The notes under the pieces are model-generated. The model was not told where the DNA came from and did not search any database. It saw only the letters and a program-made list of their open reading frames with translations. A stretch of DNA of 12,500 nucleotides, taken from contig JBIKLL010000078.1 of the NCBI GenBank assembly GCA_044359815.1, positions 1-12,500 on the forward strand, read 5' to 3'. This DNA is from Pseudobdellovibrionaceae bacterium (GTDB lineage Bacteria; Bdellovibrionota; Bdellovibrionia; Bdellovibrionales; Bdellovibrionaceae). Below, piece by piece: positions 1-9,578 of this stretch (positions are counted from its first letter, which is position 1; each line of letters opens with the position of its first letter). A program made the position numbers and the translations under genes.

Positions 1-100
<100 letters not shown>

Positions 101-269
101 TCCTCAAATCCCCTACCCACACAACCACCTAGACTCGATTTCGATCTGAACCAATAGTCATATTAATCAGAGTAATCAAACATTCCATATCAACCTTGGT
201 CTAGTTCAGACATTTTGATTGCTCCACCTAAGAGCACTGCTAAAATATTTTGATTAGCAGGAGGCTATA

Positions 270-953
270 ATGAAACACCTTATCATGATTTCTTTGGTTC
301 TGATTTTTTCAAACGGCGCATTTGCAAAAGGCGGAGGTGACATGGGATTATCATTCGGAATTGCCCTTGCGACTCCTTCTCAAAGCGATCTGGAAGCACA
401 TATTTCAACTGTTAATACCGCTAGTTCCTCAAGCATCAGTAAATTTGGTGCGGGAACTGAAATCTTTGCTGATTTTAGTTTTAACTTGGGCGGTTCGATG
501 TTTAACATTCTGTTCAGACCCAGTTATTTTATGCAGTCCACTTCTTCAGGTACAAATAAATACTCGCTGTCAGGATTGACGTTTTTTCCGATGATGCGAT
601 TTGTGCCACTGGAAAACAATATTATTAAATTTTTCCTGCAAGGCGGAGTCGGATACGGCAGACTTTCTGGTTCAGTGGAAAACGCCAGTGGTAAAGTTGA
701 TTTTGCTGGTGGAACATTTGGGATGATGGGGGGCTTGGGAGCTTTGTTTTGCTTCACTCCTGCTCACTGCATGGGCGTTGAAGGCAATTTGCGTTATTTG
801 CCCATTGCCAGAAACACTGTTTCAAATGTGACCGGAGCTCACCCTCAGTTTTCACAAGCTATAGCTGACCGCGAGCTGGAATTTGACGATTCTGACGTTG
901 CGACTTCGATGTCAGGCATTGTTGGTGCCGTTTACTACACACTCATGTTCTAA
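270..953 (+). CDS. Outer-membrane beta-barrel protein (OmpA/Ail/OmpW-like small barrel)
   Basis: AGGAGG RBS at 259-264; signal peptide ending AFA-K; alternating strands such as FFLQGGVGYG and MGVEGNLRY; C-terminal beta-signal-like YYTLMF. Confidence 0.8.
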   Translation: MKHLIMISLVLIFSNGAFAKGGGDMGLSFGIALATPSQSDLEAHISTVNTASSSSISKFGAGTEIFADFSFNLGGSMFNILFRPSYFMQSTSSGTNKYSLSGLTFFPMMRFVPLENNIIKFFLQGGVGYGRLSGSVENASGKVDFAGGTFGMMGGLGALFCFTPAHCMGVEGNLRYLPIARNTVSNVTGAHPQFSQAIADRELEFDDSDVATSMSGIVGAVYYTLMF

Positions 954-961
954 TTTAGAAC

Positions 962-2110
962 ATGAGATTTATAGTATTTGGAATCTTTTTTGGCCTTTTT
1001 GGCCTAATACAACTTTTTTCCCACCATCCCACATATAAAGTTTGGGGAACAGGCACCGATCATATTTCACATTCAATGACGGTGTTTTTGTTTTTAGAAC
1101 ACCAATTTGAAATTTACCGCGAACCTGTCACAAACCTTTGCCCGATCAAAGACTCAGAAAAAATCACTCAGTTCAAAGAAAAATATAAAATCCCCGAAAA
1201 AGATCTGCGCAACGTCTGTCAGATTTCACCAGACTCACGGGTTTTGTTTTTTAGTTGGCCCGAGGTTGTCAGAAGCTATCCCCCAGGCGAGCTTTTGGTC
1301 GGAGTTCCCGGTGCCATATTTTATGCGATCTCGGATGATTTTGATATGACAGCCATCTTTTTAGCTGTGATTTATTTTTTAACCGCAGCTGGGTGTGCGT
1401 TGTTGATTTTGTATGCCCTACGTGATTTAAAAACCGAAGTCGGTGATATTACCCTAGCATTGATTTGCGGATTCTTTTTACCCATGGGACTGGATGGATA
1501 TTATGACAGCATCCCGGCGCTGTTTATTGTTTTGAGTATTTTGTACGCGCTGAAAGAAAACAATCCTGTAAAATCATTTTTATTTTTTGCGCTGGCTGGA
1601 TTTTTTCATTTCAGATACTTTATGTATTTTCCATTGGCTATTTGGCTTTTTTATCGAAACCGAAAGGCCATGAACACTCCAGTTTTTTGGGTGGCTTGCT
1701 ATTTGATTTTATTCACTGTCTTTACGTTGTGGTTATCAATACCTGGGATCAAAAGAATCCCTGCTCAAAATCCATTTTTAACCAACCCTCAGGCTGCTTG
1801 GTATCAAATCACATTTATTTTGGCAGCCGTTTTTAGTATTTTGATTATTACAAAACGCTATTTATTAGCTTCGGTTTTATTTACCCTAATCATTGGTATC
1901 GCTCAGTCGCCAGTGGCTCAACCCTGGCATATGATGGCATTACTGCCTTTGCTGCTGTTTCCAACCTTGGACAAAAAACCAAAATTGCTTTCAACCTATG
2001 TGATACTGGTGGTGTTTTTACTGGCCTTGGATCAAATGCTTTTTCATTCCTTTTTGGCCTTTGGCAGTTTTTTACCATCTTATTTGCTGGAAACAATTAA
2101 CAGATTTTGA
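962..2110 (+). CDS. Polytopic inner-membrane protein, putative GT-C-fold glycosyltransferase
   Basis: N-terminal TM, then a periplasmic loop with an acidic residue (TDH) and a YPPG motif, then many hydrophobic segments with GYYD and QPWH loop motifs; lies 8 nt after the OMP gene and is coupled to a DUF2723 gene. Family is inferred from architecture only. Confidence 0.55.
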   Translation: MRFIVFGIFFGLFGLIQLFSHHPTYKVWGTGTDHISHSMTVFLFLEHQFEIYREPVTNLCPIKDSEKITQFKEKYKIPEKDLRNVCQISPDSRVLFFSWPEVVRSYPPGELLVGVPGAIFYAISDDFDMTAIFLAVIYFLTAAGCALLILYALRDLKTEVGDITLALICGFFLPMGLDGYYDSIPALFIVLSILYALKENNPVKSFLFFALAGFFHFRYFMYFPLAIWLFYRNRKAMNTPVFWVACYLILFTVFTLWLSIPGIKRIPAQNPFLTNPQAAWYQITFILAAVFSILIITKRYLLASVLFTLIIGIAQSPVAQPWHMMALLPLLLFPTLDKKPKLLSTYVILVVFLLALDQMLFHSFLAFGSFLPSYLLETINRF

Positions 2111-3960
2111 TGTATTTAATTTTGGCTTTTCTAATTCCGTTTGCATTGTTTTTCCTGGGCCTGGCCCCATCGTTTACATTTGAGGATTCTGGCGAACTGA
2201 TCACTGCAGCCTATCACCTGGCAGTTCCTCATCCGCCGGGATATCCACTGTGGGTGTTGCTGGCCCATCCCTTTACAGTTATGTTTTCAAATCCTGCTTT
2301 TGGTGCGAATTTCTTTTCGGCATTTACCAGCGCCTTGGCCGGTCCTTTTATGTTCTTGTTTTGGAGAAACATTTTCAAACAATTTAACACTCCACAATTT
2401 TTGGCTCTGTTTGCAGCCTTATTAGGGATTTTAGTACCGCACACATTCAGACAATCGGTAATTACCGAAGTCTACGGTCTGCATAATTTAATTTTTGCCA
2501 TAGGATTATTGTTGATCGAAAGAATCATTTCATCAGAAAAACCTAAATATTTACCTTTTATCCTGGCATTAGTTCTGGGACTGGGACTTAGCAATCATTC
2601 AATGACTCTGGTTCTGGGATTAATTTATTTGTGCGCACTGCTGATTGCAAAAATTGATATCTTAAAACAGCTGCGGTTTTGGTTGGGTTCATTTTTGGGT
2701 TTGGTCATTGGCCTATTGCCAAATTTTTATTTGCTCATCCGCGGCAGATCACAGTGGATTCTTAACTGGGGTGAAATCACAAATATAACAGATCTGTGGC
2801 GACACATGTCCCGGTTTCAGTATCAGCCCAGTCTGTCACGGGATTGGATTGTCGCCATGGAACAGTTTCGACAGCAGATAATATATATTTTTGATCAGTA
2901 TTCAGTATTGGTGCTGTTTGGAGTTTTTGCGATTTTGATACTACTGAAGTTTCAAAAAAAATGGGGTCAGATTTTATTAGTTTCACTGTTGGCAACAGGT
3001 CCTTTGGTGGCTTTTTTAACCAATTTTAGATTTGTAAGTCTACATGAACTATTGTTTAAGGATCTTACTGCTATCGCAAGCGTGTTTTATTTGCCCTATT
3101 ATCTGATTTTTGGTGGCCTGATTGCCTTTGGGATTTATCAAACTATGAATCTTAGATTTTCAAAGCCTGTTTTTTCTTTGCTTCCACTGATTTTATCGAC
3201 TTCCGTGATGGCGGGAATCAGTTTTTATACCGAAAGAAAAGACAACTATATCGCTGCAGAGAAGTTTTTTGAAAATGTTCAAACTGTGATTGGCGATAAG
3301 CCCACTGTGATTTTAACCAACTGGGATCCGTTTTCCTTTCCGATTTTTTATCTGCAACAGGTAAAGGCGCAAATGAAAAACGTGGTTATGGTGGATCTGG
3401 AAATGCTCAAGGCACCTTGGTTTTTAAATCAACTCAGTCACTGGTATCCAGAATTTTACAAATCACTGGGGGATCTGCCTGAGTATTTAAAGCAAGAAAC
3501 CAAAGTTTGGATGGACACTGAAAAGGATAATTCAGAAGCTATTGGTGTTATGTATTACAGTTTGGTCAGAAGAATCATTGAAAAGGGTAAGGCCTGCTGT
3601 CAGGTTTATGTGTTGATGTCTCGTGATTTTGGCAGGCTTCCGGCGGGCTCAGAAATTGGCTCGATTATTGAGCCTTATTTTGTTGGTGCCTTGGTGAGTA
3701 ATCAAAAAACCACACAGTACGATCCCGAAATTTTAGAAAAATTAGATCTAACTGGATTTGAAAACTCAGAATTGAAATACGACAGATTGATGTTGATGCT
3801 ATCAAAATACTACACCGATATTTTTATGGATATGTATAAGGCACAAGAAAACAAACCAGAACATCAAGCTTTGCGAAGCAAACTATTAGAGAAAGCTTTG
3901 ATCACTAGCCAATTGATTCCTGAACTGCACGAAAAAATTAAAAAGGAGCTCCGCCCTTAA
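2110..3960 (+). CDS. DUF2723 / TMEM260-like protein O-mannosyltransferase-family GT-C glycosyltransferase
   Basis: Signature EDSGELITAAYHLAVPHPPGYPLW, plus TEVY, LGLSNH and NWG motifs; many TMs then a soluble C-terminal domain. ATG at 2110 overlaps the upstream TGA (TGATG), so it is preferred to TTG at 2107. Confidence 0.88.
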   Translation: MYLILAFLIPFALFFLGLAPSFTFEDSGELITAAYHLAVPHPPGYPLWVLLAHPFTVMFSNPAFGANFFSAFTSALAGPFMFLFWRNIFKQFNTPQFLALFAALLGILVPHTFRQSVITEVYGLHNLIFAIGLLLIERIISSEKPKYLPFILALVLGLGLSNHSMTLVLGLIYLCALLIAKIDILKQLRFWLGSFLGLVIGLLPNFYLLIRGRSQWILNWGEITNITDLWRHMSRFQYQPSLSRDWIVAMEQFRQQIIYIFDQYSVLVLFGVFAILILLKFQKKWGQILLVSLLATGPLVAFLTNFRFVSLHELLFKDLTAIASVFYLPYYLIFGGLIAFGIYQTMNLRFSKPVFSLLPLILSTSVMAGISFYTERKDNYIAAEKFFENVQTVIGDKPTVILTNWDPFSFPIFYLQQVKAQMKNVVMVDLEMLKAPWFLNQLSHWYPEFYKSLGDLPEYLKQETKVWMDTEKDNSEAIGVMYYSLVRRIIEKGKACCQVYVLMSRDFGRLPAGSEIGSIIEPYFVGALVSNQKTTQYDPEILEKLDLTGFENSELKYDRLMLMLSKYYTDIFMDMYKAQENKPEHQALRSKLLEKALITSQLIPELHEKIKKELRP

Positions 3961-4744
3961 ACTGTGGGCTTTGCAAATAGGCATCTGCTGCAGAGGTAGC
4001 ATCGACTTCAACCTGGCAAGACGCCGAAAGTGCTTCCGCATTCGGACCAGGGCAGCAAAAAACCCCATAAGTGTTGTATAGGGCACCTTCACCACAATTG
4101 TTGAATGTAGCACCACCACCAGTTGGTGATGTATTACACCTGTTGGATGAATTTGATGTAGCTATACCAACGAAGTTAGAAGTGTTCGAACTCCATGTCG
4201 AGCCTGAGCTGTAGGAAATTCCCCAAGATCCAGAATTTCCTGAGGTATCAAGGCCTGTTCCAGACAATTCAACCCAAGCTGAGCCCGACCAATTAGAATA
4301 CCCGTAAGGGCTGGTGCCCGGATAGTTAGCCTGGAACTGAGACATGGAACAAACAGTGTAACCGTTCACACAACTGCTACTTCGATTCGAATAGTATGCG
4401 TAGTCACAAACAACCATGCCGTTACCTAAGTTTGTATAATAGGACGTGTAGCTGGCGCAGTGTTTCCCTGTCACGTGATTGGTTTGAGCTTTCGGACCTA
4501 AAAATAAATTACTCTTAGCAAAAGTCTGCGTCCCAGATTCATTGTAACATTTTAAATTATAATTAACTGTCGAAGTTCCACCATTCATTAATTTAATTCC
4601 CGCATCTGATGAACCTGTTGATGTATTGACCGGAATAGTTACCTTGCGGGGGGCGATTGCAAAAACAAACAATCCAACTGTTAACATAACGGAAATGATT
4701 CCCAAACGGGCCATTGATCTTTTGAATTCAGAATTTTTAGACAT
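3938..4744 (-). CDS. Membrane-anchored or secreted Cys- and Ser/Gly/Thr/Asn-rich surface protein, possible C-type-lectin-like domain
   Basis: AAGGGA RBS; basic N-terminus plus a hydrophobic helix; 10 Cys; pattern CVNGYTVCS...AWV...GVFCC. Confidence 0.7.
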   Translation of the reverse strand: MSKNSEFKRSMARLGIISVMLTVGLFVFAIAPRKVTIPVNTSTGSSDAGIKLMNGGTSTVNYNLKCYNESGTQTFAKSNLFLGPKAQTNHVTGKHCASYTSYYTNLGNGMVVCDYAYYSNRSSSCVNGYTVCSMSQFQANYPGTSPYGYSNWSGSAWVELSGTGLDTSGNSGSWGISYSSGSTWSSNTSNFVGIATSNSSNRCNTSPTGGGATFNNCGEGALYNTYGVFCCPGPNAEALSASCQVEVDATSAADAYLQSPQFKGGAPF

Positions 4745-4776
4745 TTATAATTCCCTTTTTTAAATAACTAGTAATT

Positions 4777-5808
4777 TTAATAATACGAAACCTGAGTCAC
4801 AGAAGGCAACACTGTGATTCCAACTGGTACTAAATCGCTGGCGGTGACCTCATAAATGGTACCCCCATGATCTAAGGCATACAATTTGTTTCCTCGACCT
4901 GGACTAATGGATTGCACCCAAACAGGTACCGAACATGTGGCAAATGGACAGGTGTAGGATGAGCTGACGGTTCCACCTGGTAAAACCTGATAAATCAAAC
5001 CTGATTCATCCATAGCGTAGATCTCGTCTTCGTCAGGCTTGCGACTGAACGATTTTAAATAACGTTGAGCTTCCACATCACTGAAAGTAATTAGGGAAGA
5101 ATTTGTCACACCCGAAACATCAGATGCCGTTAAGGATCCAACGACCAATTCAAAAAACCATTCCCAAAAAGGTTTCGCAAAAGCCAACGCTACATCTGGA
5201 TTGGAAACGATATCCACCAGACTTCCATCTGATCCCATCGTTGCATGCAAAATGGCTGGAGGTGGAGTCGACAAACAGGCATTGTTTCCACTGAGTGTTC
5301 CCACAGAATTGTCGATTCCAGGGTAGTTCAAAGAAATACTAATTGATTCATCATCATTGACCAGATTTACTTGGCCACTGGTTCCAGACAAAATAACTTT
5401 GTCATAGTTTTTCTGATTGGCTTCAAAAGCAGAATCCCAAGAAGGACATGTACTGCCCAGTTCAGTAAGGTACACATACAATTCGAATATTCTGCCTGAG
5501 CCTTTATTGATCGACATAGTGATCGATTCACCTTCAGCCACAAAACCTGCGGTCTGAGAAAAATTTCCGTGGCAGCTCGTCGCTGGCAATGCAACGGGAA
5601 TATCAGATCCTGAAACATGAATGCCATAGCAAACACGTTTATCCGAGGGCAGAGTCACATTTTGCGAAATCAACGACTGAGCTAGTTCATTTCTGGAAGG
5701 CATTTTTATTGAAATGCTGGACTGATCTTTTGCGGAACCTCCACCAGAATCTCTTGAACAGGCAGCTGCCACACAAACGATGCCCAGATAAATAACCTTT
5801 TTAATCAT
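4777..5808 (-). CDS. Hypothetical lipoprotein with C-terminal beta-propeller-like blades
   Basis: MIKK plus hydrophobic stretch plus lipobox AAA-C; duplicated motif IYAMDESGLIYQV / LYALDHGGTIYEV. Confidence 0.75.
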   Translation of the reverse strand: MIKKVIYLGIVCVAAACSRDSGGGSAKDQSSISIKMPSRNELAQSLISQNVTLPSDKRVCYGIHVSGSDIPVALPATSCHGNFSQTAGFVAEGESITMSINKGSGRIFELYVYLTELGSTCPSWDSAFEANQKNYDKVILSGTSGQVNLVNDDESISISLNYPGIDNSVGTLSGNNACLSTPPPAILHATMGSDGSLVDIVSNPDVALAFAKPFWEWFFELVVGSLTASDVSGVTNSSLITFSDVEAQRYLKSFSRKPDEDEIYAMDESGLIYQVLPGGTVSSSYTCPFATCSVPVWVQSISPGRGNKLYALDHGGTIYEVTASDLVPVGITVLPSVTQVSYY

Positions 5809-5815
5809 AGATGAC

Positions 5816-5869
5816 TGATCGGCATCTGGTCTGATGAAATTGAAAATTATTACTGTCTTATTTTGAGAC
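5816..5869 (-). promoter_or_regulatory. Putative sigma28-like promoter with an upstream palindromic operator
   Basis: Minus strand TCAA-N16-GCCGATCA (FliA consensus TAAA-N15-GCCGATAA); imperfect palindrome GTCTTA-TTT-TGAGAC at 5855-5869. Confidence 0.4.
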
Positions 5870-5870
5870 C

Positions 5871-6608
5871 CTAGAGCTCAACCCAGGAGCCGCCTATTTC
5901 GTCTATATAAAAAGCCTTGATATCATTAAACCAACTTCCCAAATTGATACCTCTGACCTGACGACCAGTGGGTTTTGTGTAGGTGTAGTCGTCACGAACA
6001 TGTATGTGCCCTGATACCAAAAAATCAAAATCATTTTGGTCAGATTGTTGCTTTACATAGGTTCTGAACTTTTCGCGCAGATAGTCCTCTAAATCTATGC
6101 GTTGCCTTTGGCTGTTTGCCCTGCTTTTACCCGAGGCATACTGACCTAACTCATACCAAAAAACACTGGGCAGATTCAGCGCCAAAAAACGCATCCATCC
6201 AGATCTCATAATCTGAAGCCACTTCAGATAAGTCGTGTCTTGGGGATTTATATAATCCCCATGGGTCAGTCTGAGTTTCCAAGAATTCACATTGAAACTG
6301 TGAATCCCTACAAAAACAGGTATATCAAATCGTTTCCAAAATTTCTCAACATAGACATCGTGATTGCCCTCAAAATAAATAACCTCAACACCACGTTGTT
6401 TAAGTTTTCGGATTTCTTCTACGATTAAAATAAATTTTTGTTCAAAGGCTTTTCCGTGACCTACCCAAACATCAAAAATATCACCCAGCAAATACAAATG
6501 TGTGGCTTTGCGACTAACACCAAGGCTGTGCAAAAAACTTAAAAAGGTCACCGCTCGTTGATCGGTGACCTCTTTGATGTGAATATCTGAAACAAACCAA
6601 GCATGCAT
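5871..6608 (-). CDS. lpxH: UDP-2,3-diacylglucosamine diphosphatase, LpxH/LpxH2-like metallophosphoesterase
   Basis: All five calcineurin-like motifs: SDIH, LGDIFD, EGNHD, THGD, GHIH; C-terminal NLGSW; 245 aa. Confidence 0.8.
   Translation of the reverse strand: MHAWFVSDIHIKEVTDQRAVTFLSFLHSLGVSRKATHLYLLGDIFDVWVGHGKAFEQKFILIVEEIRKLKQRGVEVIYFEGNHDVYVEKFWKRFDIPVFVGIHSFNVNSWKLRLTHGDYINPQDTTYLKWLQIMRSGWMRFLALNLPSVFWYELGQYASGKSRANSQRQRIDLEDYLREKFRTYVKQQSDQNDFDFLVSGHIHVRDDYTYTKPTGRQVRGINLGSWFNDIKAFYIDEIGGSWVEL
6532..6571 (-). terminator. Intrinsic-terminator-like hairpin just downstream of ftsZ, inside the lpxH 5' coding region
   Basis: Minus strand GGTCACCG-atcaacgag-CGGTGACC (8 bp GC-rich stem, 6546-6570) followed by TTTTTaagTTTTTT. 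Confidence 0.45.
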
Positions 6609-6617
6609 GCTTAGCTA

Positions 6618-8225
6618 TTATTTGTCTTGCAGATCAAAATTCTGTCGTTTGCGAATAAAAGCAGGAACTTCAAAATTCTGATTTGAAAACGGAGAGCTCA
6701 AAACTTCGCGCGCCATTCTGCGAGCCTCTTCCAGAGTCTGAGTATCTTGATTTTCAACGTTCAATGAAAGCTGCTCGGGATGAGAATGCTTTTGTTTGAT
6801 TTCTTGGCTTTCCTTAAATGCTTTGGCTTTGGCAACCAACATATCACGAGCATCCTGTGAAGACTGTTGCTGTTGTTGTTCGTTGCTAACCTGAAATGAC
6901 ACCTGTGGTTTATAAGTCGATTGCTGCATGGGCATCGGCTGTTGTTGCTGCATCTGTTGTTGTTGCATCTGTTGTTGTTGCATATGCTGCTGCTGCATTT
7001 GTTGCAATGGCTGAGCAGGCATCATTTGCTGTGGCATCTGAACGTTCTGATATGAAGGCATTGCTGGTTGCGCATACTCTGGTTGAATAAAATCATTAGG
7101 ATTAAATGGTTGCTCCAATGGAAACTCAACTGCAGGAGCCTGGGCCTCAATCGGCATTGGCTTAACAGGCTCTTGAGTTAGAAAATCCTGCATCTTATTC
7201 AAGTTTTCATACTGCATTTGTCGGTTCAGAACTTGAGTTTGAGTGTGTCCATGCAAATGATTGTTGTTTGGATCTTGAAAGCCCGTCGCAATCACAGTAA
7301 CACGAACTTCATCTTTGATTTCGTCGTCGATGACCGCACCGAAAATAATTTCTGCATCTTCGTGAGCCGCTTCTGTGATCAGAGTCGAAGCTTCGTTGAC
7401 TTCGTACAGACTTAAATCATGGCCACCAGTTACGTTGATAATGATACCTGTTGCTCCGTCAATTTTAACATTTTCCAACAGAGGAGATGAAATCGCAGCT
7501 GTCGCCGCTTGGATAGCGCGGTTTTCTCCGCGAGCAGATCCGGTTCCCATTAATGCCAATCCCTGTTTTGCCATCACTGTTCTGATGTCCGCAAAATCCA
7601 GATTGATCAAACCTCTGATATTGATCAGATCAGAAATACCTTTCACTGCTTGCAATAAAACTTCATCAGCTTTTTTAAAAGTTTCCAACAAAGGAGTTTT
7701 ATCACCACTGACTGACAGTAATTTTTGATTTGGAATCACGATCAAAGTGTCTACGTTTTCTTTTAGCTCTTGCAATCCAGCATCTGCATGTTTGGATCTG
7801 CGTTTGCCTTCAAAAACAAAAGGTCTTGTCACCACACCAATTGTCAGTGATCCCAGTTCTCTGGCGATTTTGGCAACGATGGGTGCGCCGCCTGTACCGG
7901 TTCCGCCACCCATTCCGGCTGTGACAAAAACCATGTCAGCGCCTTCAAGAGCTTCAACGATTTCGTTGTAAGACTCAATGGCTGCTCGTCTGCCGACATC
8001 AGGGTTTGCTCCCGCGCCTAAGCCTTTTGTTAAGTCTTTTCCTAGCTGTATTTTGCCAGGGGCTTTATTGGCATTCAATGCCTGGATATCAGTGTTTGCA
8101 ACAATAAATTCAACACCGCTCATTCGACCTTCGATCATGGTTGCAACTGCGTTGCTGCCTCCGCCGCCGACGCCGACAACCTTGATGTTGGCTCCTATGT
8201 GTATGTTTTCTTCAAGTTCAAACAT
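6618..8225 (-). CDS. ftsZ: Cell division protein FtsZ with a long Q/M/P-rich linker
   Basis: [18 protein letters not shown] tubulin signature, INLDFAD T7 loop, VTVIATG, C-terminal peptide [18 protein letters not shown]. Confidence 0.99.
   Translation of the reverse strand: MFELEENIHIGANIKVVGVGGGGSNAVATMIEGRMSGVEFIVANTDIQALNANKAPGKIQLGKDLTKGLGAGANPDVGRRAAIESYNEIVEALEGADMVFVTAGMGGGTGTGGAPIVAKIARELGSLTIGVVTRPFVFEGKRRSKHADAGLQELKENVDTLIVIPNQKLLSVSGDKTPLLETFKKADEVLLQAVKGISDLINIRGLINLDFADIRTVMAKQGLALMGTGSARGENRAIQAATAAISSPLLENVKIDGATGIIINVTGGHDLSLYEVNEASTLITEAAHEDAEIIFGAVIDDEIKDEVRVTVIATGFQDPNNNHLHGHTQTQVLNRQMQYENLNKMQDFLTQEPVKPMPIEAQAPAVEFPLEQPFNPNDFIQPEYAQPAMPSYQNVQMPQQMMPAQPLQQMQQQHMQQQQMQQQQMQQQQPMPMQQSTYKPQVSFQVSNEQQQQQSSQDARDMLVAKAKAFKESQEIKQKHSHPEQLSLNVENQDTQTLEEARRMAREVLSSPFSNQNFEVPAFIRKRQNFDLQDK
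6936..6998 (-). repeat. 15-nt coding tandem repeat (MQQQ[Q/H]) x about 4 in the ftsZ linker
   Basis: Plus strand CATCTGTTGTTGTTG twice exactly (6951-6980) with degenerate flanking units. Confidence 0.9.
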
Positions 8226-8277
8226 GTTACCCTCCTGAGTCTTAAGCTAGACGTTTCCGCCAGCAGAAATTAATTTC

Positions 8278-9531
8278 TTAAAACAAGTTTTCAAAAAATC
8301 CTCTGATTTTTGTCCCCACAGAATTTATTGATTCAGCTAAACTTTCCTCTGATAATTTTGTGGCTCTGGTAAATCTTTTTTGAGCCAGCCCGTATTGCAG
8401 CAACCCAACTGATGTGCTGAATGAAGCTGATTTCACAACTTCGCTTAAACCTAAAACGTGAATCGGAGCTCCCCTTCTGACGGGAATGTCCAAAATAAAT
8501 TCGCCCATTTCAATAAATCCAGAAAGCTGCGAAGCCCCTCCAGTCAGAATCACTCCTGATCCTAACAATGGCATCAATCCGCTCATTTTTATATCATGTG
8601 CAATCAACTGCAGAGTTTCTTCGGCTCTAGGTTCAATGACTTCAGCCAAATCTTTTCTGAGCACGGTTCTGGATTTGCGTCCACCAACGCCTTCGACCTC
8701 GATCATTTCATCAGTAGAAATCAAACTGGCCATGGCACAACCAAATTGCTTTTTCAATTCTTCGGCGGCAATTTGCGGAGTCCTCAGACCAATCGCAATG
8801 TCGTGAGTGAAATGCTGTCCACCGATTGGCAGTATCGATGTGTGCGCTACACTGCCGTTTATAAAATACACTAAATTACAAGCTCCCGCTCCAATGTCAG
8901 CGACACAAACACCCAAAGATTTTTCGTCCTCACTCAGAACAGACATGGCGGATGCCAATGGGTCCAGCACCATACCAACTGATCTGATACCAGCTTTATC
9001 CAAACATTTTAAATTATTTGAAATCGCCGTTTGGCTGCCAGTCACTATGTGAACATTGGCTTCCAATCTAATGCCAGACATTCCAACGGGATCTAAAATT
9101 CCGTCTTGTCCATCGACTTTAAATTCTCGAGGAATCACGTGCAAAACTTTACGATCAACAGGGACTGCAACAGCTTTTGCGGCGTCTATCACGCGCTCTA
9201 CATCGTGGGGATTGATTTCGCGTTTATCGCGAACAGCTACCATGCCTTTTGAATCAAAGGATTTAATGTGTGAGCCAGAAACACTCATCCAGACTTCGTC
9301 GATGCGAAATCCAGACATCAGCTCGGCTTCTTCTCGAGCTTTTCGAATGGCTTCCGCCGTTGCTTCAATGTTAACAACGACACCCTGTCTGATTCCGTAA
9401 TTTGGCGACTGACCAACTCCAACGATTTCGATTTTTGATTCGGCGTTGAGAGTCCCGATAGTGACCGCCACTTTTGACGATCCTATGTCCAGTCCAGCTA
9501 AAGTCGGAGTGCTGCTTTTCTTGATGTTCAT
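8278..9531 (-). CDS. ftsA: Cell division protein FtsA
   Basis: GLDIGSSKV, GIRQGVVVNIE, ADIGAG, AEELKKQFG, VILTGGASQL; amphipathic C-terminus KIRGFFENLF; directly upstream of ftsZ. Confidence 0.99.
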   Translation of the reverse strand: MNIKKSSTPTLAGLDIGSSKVAVTIGTLNAESKIEIVGVGQSPNYGIRQGVVVNIEATAEAIRKAREEAELMSGFRIDEVWMSVSGSHIKSFDSKGMVAVRDKREINPHDVERVIDAAKAVAVPVDRKVLHVIPREFKVDGQDGILDPVGMSGIRLEANVHIVTGSQTAISNNLKCLDKAGIRSVGMVLDPLASAMSVLSEDEKSLGVCVADIGAGACNLVYFINGSVAHTSILPIGGQHFTHDIAIGLRTPQIAAEELKKQFGCAMASLISTDEMIEVEGVGGRKSRTVLRKDLAEVIEPRAEETLQLIAHDIKMSGLMPLLGSGVILTGGASQLSGFIEMGEFILDIPVRRGAPIHVLGLSEVVKSASFSTSVGLLQYGLAQKRFTRATKLSEESLAESINSVGTKIRGFFENLF

Positions 9532-9578
9532 GCCAAACCCCTGTCCTTGGTCTTTGGGATAAAAGTCCTTACAATAGG

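Noticed and set aside
3938..4744. Diversity-generating retroelement target (lectin-like protein)
   Set aside because: No template/variable repeat pair or reverse transcriptase is visible in the window.
322..6428. Short alternative-frame ORFs (322-579, 524-757, 1107-1349, 1642-1836, 1890-2096, 2229-2444, 2777-2995, 3886-4119, 5103-5294, 5367-5636, 5589-5795, 6240-6428)
   Set aside because: They overlap longer, better-supported CDSs and show no protein-like features.
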